Source: Ancylonema sp.
Taxonomy: Eukaryota
Assembly (NCBI GenBank): GCA_050230475.1
Contig: JBFLGF010000229.1
Location: forward strand, 1 to 64,000
DNA length: 64,000 nucleotides
Reading direction: 5' to 3'
Of the stretch, positions 13,753-25,300 are shown piece by piece. Numbering within the stretch: the first letter of the stretch is position 1; the number at the start of each line of letters is the position of its first letter. The notes beneath the pieces are model-generated. The model was not told the DNA's origin and ran no database searches. It saw only the letters and a list, made by a program, of their open reading frames with translations. The translations under genes and the position numbers were made by a program.

Positions 13753-15641
13753 ATTTTTCGAAAGCCAATGAGGACCCATGGTGTTCTGGGGGGTATGAGA
13801 TGACTCAGTGTACCCAGTTGGTGCCATCAGCCAAGTCTGTGGTTTGTAAGAAAAAAACAAATGGTCTGATGAATCACAGCCATCATCACCTGTGTATGTG
13901 TGTGCCTATACAAGGACCGCGAACTCTTTTTTTTGTCGCAAGGTTTACCATTACAGCCACCAATGGCGAAGAAGTCAGTTGGAACGGACATTTTACGATT
14001 ATGTTTTCTGTCCTCGTTTGCGGTGCAGAATTTCGGGTGAAGGCATTGGTTACCTCTTGTCGCTCCTGAATTTTGACGAGCAGAAAGGAAGACCCATGCC
14101 GGGATAAGTGAAAAGTATCGAGGCATCATTGAGGAAGGAAGTTGTTTTCAAGTGGGGAATTGGGATGTACGGCAATTGTCGTGCGCATTTAAAATTGTTT
14201 TGAGTATGTTGTGTGAACCGATAGTTTTGAAAACTGCTCGGCTGTATGAGTTGCTCGTTATCATCTTTGCGCTTGGGGCAATATCAAACCAAGAGAATTG
14301 GCTTCCTAGTGAAAAAAAATCAAGTCGATGAGTAGGATGAGCAAAGCATTTGCGGCATGCAAGTCATTCCCTTGTTTAAGCCACAAGACATTCCTTGACG
14401 ATACCACAGTGAATCATTGTCACCATATGCAGCTCCATGCTCATGGTGCCTATGTGACTCAATGTGACCACAATGTGACTCAAGCTTGTGGACAAATCCA
14501 CCGGGATGTGGTGTGTGGGCATTAATTGTTAAACGCGTAGGAAAGCCATGAAGCTTGGTTGCTTTGGTGGTCGTTGAATGTGTGTGTGTTTGCATGTGTA
14601 TGCTTTTGTGTGAGAAATAGATTTGGGAGACAAGAGAGAGGGGCAACAAATGTAACAGGTGGGGGAGTATGTGGTGAGCACACAGTCAATTTGAGGCATT
14701 GTGGAAATAAAGTTCCAATGCTCAATCAAGGAATATCAACTTGTAAGAAGAAATTTGTACTAGTCTAGAGACATTCTTAGAGAGAAATGTCGTTGAACAC
14801 GAAAACGCTTCTCAATGAGATCCGTTGAGAGGGCAGCGACAACAAGCCTGGATTGAGCCATCATGCTTCATTATGCCCCCACAATTTGAGAGCACCATCA
14901 CATGCCAGAGGGGTCCCAGCCTCGATGTGCCCTGGATTGTGGACCAGAAGTGGGCGAGCTCAAGCCACCGAGTACACAAGGGCCCATCACCCCCGATCCG
15001 CGCATTACTCCCATCCCTGCCCAACCCAGAATGGGGGCCGGGAAAGTAGCTTCGCCATCCTCGTCTTCATCCCCGTTATGACTTGCTGATTGGGTCGGTG
15101 TTTACAATCCGGACCGAGGGAATGTGTCCATTACTGGCTGGTGCTACGACCCCATGCATATCATGCAGAAATCTAGATGCATGTAAACATGTACACACAT
15201 GTAGACATGTAGATAGGTGCATGTAGACTTACTCATAATTACACAATATAGCATCTGGACCCTCCCATACCATGTACCGGATACAACAACCAAGCCCGTT
15301 GCGTTGTGCATTTTAAGTTTCCTCTCTAACTCACGTATCGGTGTCCGATACGGCCATGTCGATATGGCTTGTATCTTGTGTGCCATGCCCCCAAAACGTG
15401 AGGCCGAGAAAAAAACGGCGAATATAAAAAAATGCAAAATGAACAGTATAAAAATATTGTTTTAGAAGAATATTGATCGCCGTGACATACACAATACACT
15501 CAAGCCGGAAATAGGTCGAGCTTTAGGGTTTAGACAATGGAATGGCCGCCATGATCGCAATCACTTGTGAAACCGCAAACTTTCATTACTTGGATGGTCA
15601 TGAGAACTTATTGTAGACTCCATGTAAACAACGAAGTCTTA

Positions 15642-16480
15642 AGCGTGAATGTCATCTCGAACAAGTGCCCATACACTTCTCATTCGCAACGCAATTCAGA
15701 TCGGTGCGAGATGAGTTGCAAGTTCGATCAATTACCGCTCCAAGGTCTGAAACTCAGACCTTGGGCAAAGTTCTGCAAAACACAATAATAAGCCAAACTA
15801 CTCACTACGCGCCCACGTCAACTTTCCGATACATTCAGATCTTAAGACATGCATGCAACCAATCAGCGATTGCGGCTGATTGATTGCGTCTAGAATTAAA
15901 TGCTCGCGGCCGCAAATTCAATGTCCAAGAGAAATGCAGCATTCATTGACACGATTCAAATACGAAACAATGCGTGCGAACTCAGTTTGGTATACGACCG
16001 GACTGACTATTCGACCGGACTACAAGTTAAGTTCGGACTAGGTACGAGGTAGATGTAGGAATAGTAGTCATTTGGCTAAGTTCCTAGTCCGGCAACTTTA
16101 GAATAGTCAGTCCGGTTATGGCCGTGGCTGAGCGTGCGTTCATATGTGATCATGTCGATGAATGCCGCATTGTGATTGGTTGTTGTACTTTCGGCGATGA
16201 GCATTTAATTGTAGACGCGATCAATCAGCCAAAGTTGCTGATTGGTCACATGCATGACTGAGATTCGAATGCATCGTTTTGAGTACGTGGTTGCATTTCG
16301 CATAGGTACGTGTTTGCATATTGCATAGGTTCGGCCAAACTTTGGGTTCGCCGAAAACTATCTAAGGTCTGAATCTCAGACCTTGGAGCGTAATTGATTA
16401 AGCTTGCATTCATCTCGCACCTATCTGAATGGCGTGTGTATGAACATTGTATGGGCAATGGCTTGAGATAGTATTCACGC
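15642..16480. repeat. Long imperfect inverted repeat (foldback/MITE-like palindrome)
   Basis: The arm at ~15642-16012 matches the reverse complement of ~16101-16480 (e.g. TTCAGATCGGTGCGAGATGA, CTCCAAGGTCTGA, GGCTGATTGATTGCGTCTA). The innermost 16 bp are perfect (15997-16012 / 16101-16116). Confidence 0.8.
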
Positions 16481-16830
16481 GGAAAAGACGTCATATCGAA
16501 TATGGACGTTTCAGTAGATTCGACAAATTGACTGCCTAATCCTACACTGATATGTTTAGTGAGAGCACCCGTGGTTTACGACCTCCAAATACTTCATCAT
16601 ATTATATATAGTCGTGTGGCACGATCCCCGGCGCAATCCGTTTTCTCCCAATAGAGCCCGATCCGAAACCCTAATTTCCTAAGAACACCACAAAACTGTA
16701 TTTATACCATCTCTTGGTTGTACTCCCCTTCCAATGCTAAACCGATGAACCAATCTTTAATTTTCTCTTTCTAGGCAAGATTGCCATAGGGTTGTAAAAG
16801 AAAATTTGCGAAAATGACAGGATAAACACA

Positions 16831-17053
16831 AAGGAACGAAGGAACGAAGGAACGAAGGAACGAAGGAACGAAGTTTTTGAACGAAGGAACGAAGGAACGA
16901 AGGAACGAAGTTTTTGAACGAAGTTTTTGAACGAAGTTTTTGAAGAAGACGAAGTGAAAGAGACGAAGTTTTGGAAGAAGACGAAGTTTTTGAACCAGGT
17001 TTTGTTTCACAACTAACGACTAACAACTAACAACTAACAACTAACAACTAACT
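16831..17053. repeat. Compound microsatellite (GGAACGAA)n / GAACGAAGTTTTT / (ACAACTA)n
   Basis: Visible directly. Confidence 0.85.
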
Positions 17054-18097
17054 CTCCGTTGATAATGACACTTATAGTGTATGCTATGATGGAAATGATC
17101 GGTCCGAGTGAATGCAATGATAAATGTAAGATGTGTCTATCCAAGTATTATCCCAAAAAGTGAGAGGACAATATACTAAAGGTTGCTATTTCATACTACT
17201 TTGAGCCTGCCTACTCACCCAACAACGATCCGTAAGGCCGCTTCCTTGGTTTGATTATCTCCGTTGTCGCTTATGGCGAAGTTCTCAACTCCGCACTACC
17301 CTCACCTCGGCCAATGCATTGGCCAAACTATATGACGCTAAACTTGTCCGATCTCAACTAAAATTGTTATTAGTTCTTTAAAAGGCAAGCTCCCTTTATA
17401 ATACAGCTCAAGTCAATTTAACTACCCACAGCAATGGCACTAGCGGACATAAGCTTAAACTGTCCCTTTCCGACAAGGATCAGCTCCTGTGATCGCCTGC
17501 CGATTGTCCGCTGCAATACTCTCGCATTCAGTGTCACTGTCCCAACTCCCTTGCACGTTGTTGTATTCGTGGCTGTCATAATTGTCGTTTCTGGCTATCT
17601 TTCCTATCCGTGGGAGCTAGTACGGTTTTCCGCGCGAGCCGCCGCCCGGCTCGGCACATAACGCCATACGCCGGCGTGTCTATACCATGTCACAAACCTT
17701 ATTTTTTATTCCCCACTGTATTGTTATTCCCATTTAATTCCGTTACACCGTCTCGATCGAATCTTGCCCGACAAATAAAAGATGCAATGCAAGGATGTAT
17801 ATATTTGTATAAATCTGTGTATTATTCATTTGAATTGCGGAAACATTCTTCATGATCTTGATAATTCTGTGATCTGTGATAATACCTCTAAATCTAGAAA
17901 TTGTACGCCAATCCTAAGTTTCGTGACACGTTAAGCATATCAAATAGTGAATGAGCTGCCATTGTCGACAAGTCACTCCAAACTACCCACAACCTATGGC
18001 GTACCTTATTTATCAATAACAATTTAATGAGTATCCTTATTAGATTTGACATTTTTTGGATATTATTTCCGTATGTGTTTGGTGTATTTGCCGCAAG

Positions 18098-18228
18098 TTT
18101 GACACGATACGCGTATCGCGTGCCCCAGTACGATACAGTACGGTATAGGTCCGACACGATACGGGCCGTCTCGGGCGTGTCGGACATTGGTCCGTGTCGG
18201 ATACCGGTCCGCATATCGTGCGACTACG
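18098..18228. mobile_element. Possible hAT-type MITE end (subterminal GACACGATAC/GTGTCGGA motif cluster)
   Basis: Clustered direct and inverted GACACG/CGTGTC/CGATAC motifs, with similar motifs at ~15332-15370 and ~17660-17690. No convincing TIR pair or TSD found. Confidence 0.35.
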
Positions 18229-21200
18229 GAGTCACTGCAGGTGCGCGTTCAAGCGCAATCATCCATGATGACAAATGCTCTCGAAGGGAGCTGAAAGGAC
18301 CTGCGAAGCGAGGCTCGTAACCAGTGTCAGCTGACATCGACGAGGTTTCGCTGTGCTCCAACGTGCTTCACTGGTAGCTAGCATTGATTCGGCAGCGGTT
18401 CACCCTGTGAAGATGGCGGGTCATTAACTGCTATGTCCTGCAGACGACGGCCTAGGTGTTCAGCCAAACAAACTGCCAAAGCGACTGAATGTCAATGACC
18501 GCCTGTAGTTTTCATGCAGAACACTATCTTGCTCAGTTGCATCTCCGTTAAGCTCTATGGACACGTCGTTAGGATACATCTGACAGGTACAGGTACGGTC
18601 TCTTGAGGACCACGAACAGGTCTGTGCTGTCCGTAAATATACATAAAACCAAAGTATCTGCTCGTAGCTGCCATGATTAGCTGTGATGTGCGTGGGCCAC
18701 TGAATGCATGGTATTCCAAGGACTAGGAAAATGAATTTGCGACTGGTATTAGGCTAAATTCCATTCCCTTGTTCCTCATTGCCTCAGGGCCCCTTCCATG
18801 ACCGTCGTTGGAAGTGTATTTGAAGTAAGCATTGTCATTAGAGGAATCTGCACATTTGATAAGAAATAAAGGTTTTTTGTACCTCTTTGCCGTCAATTTC
18901 GTCAATGGACAATTTTCAAAGTCGTCTTTCCATTGCCGTTTTGATTGGCCGTGGCAGCAGACATGAATTCTTCAACATCAAATTTCCGAAGTGGAGGGAA
19001 GCAGTACCTCTCAAGACGCATAGCCAGCGCCGGGCGGACCCTTTCTGCTCATCAGCCATCCCATTCGCGGCCATCCAGGTCGGAACTGGTGGGGATGCGA
19101 TGGGCGACATCCAAAAGAAGCTGAAAGGTGCGAAACCGATACCTTGAATCTAGTTTCGAGGCTCGCTAGTCGGGTCGAAAAATACGCGCACTTCGTTTGC
19201 TTCTTGAATGAGTGCTACAGTGCCATGAGATCGCCACACAATCGTTCATGAGAATTTGGCTCGTTTATTTTGAGGAAAGGTTATCCTACTTGTGCAGAGG
19301 TAATGGAAAGTGTTACCAAGGCGATACACTATGTCATTCGGGACTTCGGTGGAGATAAGAAATGCGACGTCACGGACCCAGACCTGCGTGTTGACTCCAC
19401 GGGACGAAAAGTCGAGGGTGCGAATCAGATGGTATTTGTCACACATAAAGACAGTGCAAAATGATGATGCTTACTTCACCGAGGTGGCAACCGTATGAAT
19501 GAGCTATGCGCAAGTGCACAAAAAATCAATTTCGAATGGTGATGTTGGAATGTCTTGCCTTTGTAGAAAGTAATGAATAATAAGCCATCTGAGATTTCGT
19601 TCACATCGCCAAAATGGAGGGAGATATCTGAAGGGTTAAAGAAGTGGACCTAGGCGATTTCAGAGGTGGACAAAAGAAACCTAGAGTCTTCGATATATGT
19701 TCACTTTCATGTTGACCGAATTTCCGAAGTGCGTATGAGCTCAATCAAGAAAGAACATGTTCGAGTATTTGAACAGTTCAGCACACAAACCAAGGTTCCT
19801 CTCACTTCATGCATTTTTGGGTATCCAAAGACTAATATGGGGAAAATACCGGCTACATGGTGTCGTATTCTCATTGGACTTCGTTGCGGTATGAGTTAGG
19901 AAAATGACCAGATGTTGCAATATTGGAAACAACTTTGTCTCGAGGATCTTCTTCGTTTGAATAGGAAGGGATACTAAATGCACTTCATCGTCTTTGCTTT
20001 TAGGCAACATATTTGTGATCTAAAACATGAATAATGTACAATTTATTACAAGGACGTTACTAAAGAATGAAGGACAAATGCAGTAGTCGAAATGCAATGA
20101 TAAAGTCAACAATTGCAAACCAAGCTTCATTCAAAACAAATTGGTCAAAGATGAAAGACAAGTTAGCCCATGATACTCATTCGGAAGTCTAGCTTGCCTT
20201 CCCAAGTAGCAACATTAGTGGTATCTCACATGTACCCCAGAGTTGCTAAGACGACAAGATAGTTATCAAGCTTCGTAAATCGCATACATGCGTCTGAATT
20301 TATTTTTGTAACACAAAATCACTTTACACCAACACTCCGACCCCCGTTTCCCCAGAAATAAGGAACCTTCCCGATCAATGGAGACCCCAACCGCAAGCGT
20401 TTCCCCTAAGGTCACAACTTCTGATCGGGCTTGGGCGCAATAGAATCGCCCATCACAACAACCGTGTCTTGGGCAAGGTCGTACTCGAGTTTTTGGCGCT
20501 TATACCCCTTGGTCTCCTCATGAAAAAAAATGGTTTTTGTAGAGATGAGTATCGTTTATCATGTGTCCTTCTAATATTCACCTCCGTCGTAAAAGCTTTT
20601 ATCAACTTTTTAATGGGGCCAGATGATGACAAATGGATATGTCCGTGCATTTTTCCAACATCGACTTCATATTATTTCTCCTCAAGACGCCGTCGCACCC
20701 AATAGTGTTGCCGATTGCGTATTGACTACCATGTTGTATTTATATGTAGGTACATTATGTATTTACACGTTGTAAATACAACATGCTGTTGTATTTACAC
20801 CAACATGTAAAAAAGTTAGCTTGATACGTACCGCCCTTGCATCTCCATTCCATTTCGATGGCACAAAGAAGTCGTCGGTCCATATATGGGTATGTTTTGA
20901 TCGTTTGCTTGCAAGCGAGTGGGCACCCGACTCATTTTGGTCTTATCGCCATTACCAACATGTGAATAAATTTAACTTGAAGCGTACCGCCCTTGCATCT
21001 CCATTCCATTTCGAAGTTTTCGGTCCATATAGGATCTTGTGCATCTATGGTAGTTGCGCCGCCAGTTGCAATCAAGAACCGGTGCAAGCAGACGTTGCGC
21101 AAGTTGTTTCACGATGTAGCGGGTTTGCTAATGTTGTAGGGAACTACGGGAATCCTGGCAGGTCCGTAGGTGACGGGGCGTGATGTCGCACGCGCGTACA

Positions 21201-21806
21201 ACTGTCAGTAAAGTTGTACAGACGATGTAGAGAGCTTGGACAATAGTCATGATTGCGTAAATTAGCAAAACGTTGTCGCATTTTGCATAAGCGTGCGAAA
21301 TACTTGGACCAAACAAAACGGTATATTAAAGGTACGTTATTCAAGCAATGATTTCGGAGTGACAATCGCTTGGGAAATAGTATTGTAGAAGTTTTCCGTT
21401 GGCCGAGCATGTGTGAATCTTGCAGCTTGGAGGTGAATGAGGGGTCAAACCCATGCATCATGTGCTCAATGCTTCTTTTTCCTTAAAGCTGGCTGATTCT
21501 CCGTCTCTGTCTCCTACCATTGATTTTCTATGACCACACCTGCATCAAACGGACCCCCGAAGGTGCAAGTGAGGTCTCGGACACCAACTATGCCAGAGAA
21601 AGACATTTTGATTTGGGAACAGAAGCCCAAAAACGATTTTGAGAAGGCATCAGACACGATTGTGAACGTAGGCATAGGCATAGTACAATTTGTAGTTTGC
21701 TTCTTGAAATTTATCGGCCTTTGAGGTAGTTGTTTACGCCCCTTCACCATCACACCTATTCTTATGACCACCTGGAGACAAACAGGATCAGACAAGGGCA
21801 CACTAT

Positions 21807-21848
<42 letters not shown>

Positions 21849-21859
21849 TATGTATATAC
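21807..21859. repeat. (TA)n microsatellite
   Basis: Visible directly. Confidence 0.9.
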
Positions 21860-22321
21860 ATTACTTCAATGACAGAAAAAATCAACAGTTGTACCAAAGC
21901 TCTTGCAGTTCTCGTTTCTTGTACATCAACATATCTGGTTCAAGGTGTGTGTACTTGGCTCAGCCATGACATCCCAGGCAATCACAGGAATGTCCATACG
22001 GGGACATAGGTCTTTTTGATAAATAATGGTGTGGTAAATGCCGCTATTATGGCGTGTACACTGCCTCATCGGCACCCAAAAAAGCCACTCATTTTGCTCT
22101 GTGCCTTTCTACAAATCATTGCCCTACTCTGTCGATACTTGTCTAGTGGCAAAAAGAAGTAACGCCGTGTTCTGCCACACAACACTTCGCACTTCACATC
22201 GCAACATGCGATGATTGCAACCATAAGAAAACAGAGTGGCTTTGGAGCGTCCATCAGCACTCATATCTCATACAAGTTTCGAGGAAGCTTCTGATGCCAC
22301 ATCCCCCCCCACCTCCTCCGC

Positions 22322-25300
22322 CTAATTCCTCCGCTTGTATCTGCAGCCAATGTGGGGCAAGATACACACACGTGCACACATGACGCCACATCACTCTTCA
22401 TGTATCACTGTCATCATTATGCCACCTGTCTTGCCAGTCTGCCACATGTACTGACAGCATCCCCCCATCACTGCACCCCTATCCTCTGAGTCCGAAAACA
22501 GGAAACCATATAACCCCAACCCCCCCAAATGCTGCTCATGCTCTCACCTTGCTTTACTTTTGAACGACCTCTTGGTCACTCCCGGCTTCCGTTTCGCCTT
22601 CACCTTCTTGGGACCCCCTGCCCCCGCCCCTGAAGCCGCCCCCGCCCCCCCCCCAGACGCAATCTTCGCGCCCCCCCCTGCTGTCGCAACTGTCACTGCC
22701 CCCCCCCCTCCCTCCCCTTGTGGTTTTTGTTCAGACTTCTTCGCTTTCTTCTTCGCTTTCTTCTGTTCGGGCTGCACCACAATTTTCCCAGCTGCCCGCA
22801 ATTTCTCTGCCGACTTCACCCCCTTCGCTCTCCGGTACGAAGCCTCCACCACTGTCTTCTTCGGCGCTTCCTCCCCCCTCCTCCTCTTGCCAGGTGTCAC
22901 CTCCTGGGAAGTCCGCAACCCACGAAGCCACCGTCAGTATGGCCTGTCTCGAAACCAACCTAGCAGTCCAACCTCACCTGCGCCTCCACCCCTCCCTCCC
23001 CTCCCTCCTCTTGCTCCTCCCTCTCCTCCTTCGCTTCCCTCTCCATCTCCCGCCGAGCCTCGAGCGCCCGCCGCTTTTTTCGAGGAAGGCTCTTCTGCAG
23101 GAGGGACAGGTGGGGGGGGGGGATCATGGTCAGGACTTTTCTTACCCCTCCATTTACCCTTTCTGTCTGCTCCTCTACCCACCTCCCTCTCCCTCTTCAG
23201 CTTCTCCTTCTTCTTTTTCTCCATCGCCTCCGCTCGAGTCTGCACCTTCCTCGCACCTTCCTCCACCTCCCCTCCGCCCTCCTTCGCCACCTGGCAGGCG
23301 AGTCCAGGTGTCAGCCTACCAGCGCCGCTCGGTTTCCATCCAACGAGGCTCACCCAGAAGCTCACCTTTGCCGCCTCTGCCAGCGTCCTTTTCTCCTTGA
23401 CCGTCTGGAACCACACTTTGGGCGGGCGGGACATGATCTCCTCTTCGAACTCCATCATGTTCTGCGCCTTGTTCACTTCCATCTCTGCCTTCCTCATCGC
23501 CCGTTCCTCCCTGTTTTAAGTTGTGTCCCAAATGCCCCTCCCCCCCTTTCTCAGTGTCTCCACCAAAAGAACACCTCCTTCCTCCCCCTCTCCCTCTCCC
23601 TCTCCCTACCTCTCTTGGGCGAGGATCTCTGTGACGTCCCCCTCTATGCCTTCTATGAGAGCGCGACACCTGGCGACGGCCGAGGGAGGGACGGAGCGCA
23701 CCTTCAGCTTACTGCCCGCTCGTTTGCTCTGAACCAGCAGCAAGTGGGTGGGGGGGCTGAGTCAGCGATGCGCCAGCAGTGGTGGTGACGTGGCACTCAC
23801 CATTGCTTTCAGCAGCGCCTTGTCCCTCTCCCCCACAAACGTGAGTGCCGCTCCTCTCTTCCCCGCCCGCGCCGTCCGCCCCACCCGATGGACATACCTG
23901 CATACCAACCCCATCCCCATCCCCACATCACCTCTGGCCCAACCATTCGTGCCAGGTGGCGCCAGCCGAATGAGGTGTCAGAGGCAGTTACGTGGTGATG
24001 TCGCGCGGGCACTCCATATTGATGACTGTTTGCACCCCTGTGATGTCCAGCCCCTGCCCCACCCGCCCCAGCTCCAGTGTGAGCCAAGCACCATCTTCTC
24101 CTGTTCGCCTCCCCTACTCCAAGCTTACCCTGGCAGCCACGTCCGTGGCAATCAGAAAATCTGTCTCCCCTTTCCGGAATGACTCCAGGGCCTGTCAGGC
24201 ACCTCCCCCCCCCCCCACTCAGCCCTCTCCCAACCAGAATCCAGGTCCAAGCATGCGGGGTTCCGAGTGTCACCTCCAGCCTCATGGCCTGCGTGAGGTT
24301 GCCGTGCAATTCGCCTGCCTTCATTTCTGCCAAACCAAAGATGAGCTTCAGGCGGTGGGCCTCGACCTTCTGCCCGCTGCAACCCACACGGCAGAAACAT
24401 GTGTTCACATCACAACACCATCCTATCTACAAGGCCCCCCCCATCCCTTACCCCCCCCCCCCCCATCCCCACCAGAAGATGATCGCCCTCTGTTGAAACG
24501 ACCTCCTACACAACGCCAGCAGCAGTGCCTCCTTCTCCCCCTCCTGTCCAGCTGTCACCTTCATAACCCTGCCCCCTCCCCACACCCCCCCATCAATCTC
24601 CCACTAGCATTCAGTCGAGAAGTTTTGGGGTTTAGGGTTCTGGGGTTTCACGAGGCGCAGTGTTTGCACTCACTCCTCTGTGAGGGTGGATGGCCGCTGT
24701 GTGGTGGGATCGGCGGACAGCCGCACGGGGTTGTTCAATGACAGCTGGACCAATCGCGACACTTGCTCTGTCATGGTGGCGGAGAAGAGGAGTGTCTGGC
24801 GACGCTTGGGGCACAGTCGAACCTGGTCCCTAAACCCTAAACACAAACCCTCAGAAACCGGCCTCTCTTCCCCCCCCTTCCCATCCACCTTCCCCCCCCG
24901 TCTCCCACCAGCTCCTGCACTTCCGCCTGGAACCCCATCTCCAGCAACCGGTCGGCCTCGTCCAGCACCAGGATGGCCAGCTCCTCCAGCCCCACCGACA
25001 CAGCGTTGGACAGGTGGTCCAGCAGCCTGCCAGGTGTCGCCACCACAATGTCCGGGTGCGTGCGCAGCGCCACCTCTTGGACCTTGTTGGACAGCCCCCC
25101 GACCACCAGACAGGCGCGGATGTCGGTGAACTGGGCAAGCTTCTCGATCATGCCGTGGACCCTAAACCCCAAAACCCCAAAAATTAAAAACCCTAAATGA
25201 GCAATCGTGACGACGACTGATGACAGGTGTTCTGCAGACAGGGACAGGCCAGGTGGCAGGCAGAACGGCAGTGCCTGACTCAGCCTTTCAGTCTGTGTCC

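Noticed and set aside
13640..13760. CRISPR-like repeat/spacer pattern
   Set aside because: Eukaryotic context, the two inserts are identical, and there are no cas genes.
13013..14069. Long ORFs of GIWDLGF / PNPKSQI repeats
   Set aside because: Translations of a stop-free heptamer array, not genes.
14810..15150. GC-rich coding-like patch downstream of RWA
   Set aside because: No recognisable domain or splice structure, so no call can be supported.
16757..17026. ORFs with SFLRSFVP repeats
   Set aside because: Translations of a microsatellite.
22560..23519. 319-aa Pro-rich + strand ORF
   Set aside because: Antisense shadow of GC-rich RH28 exons.
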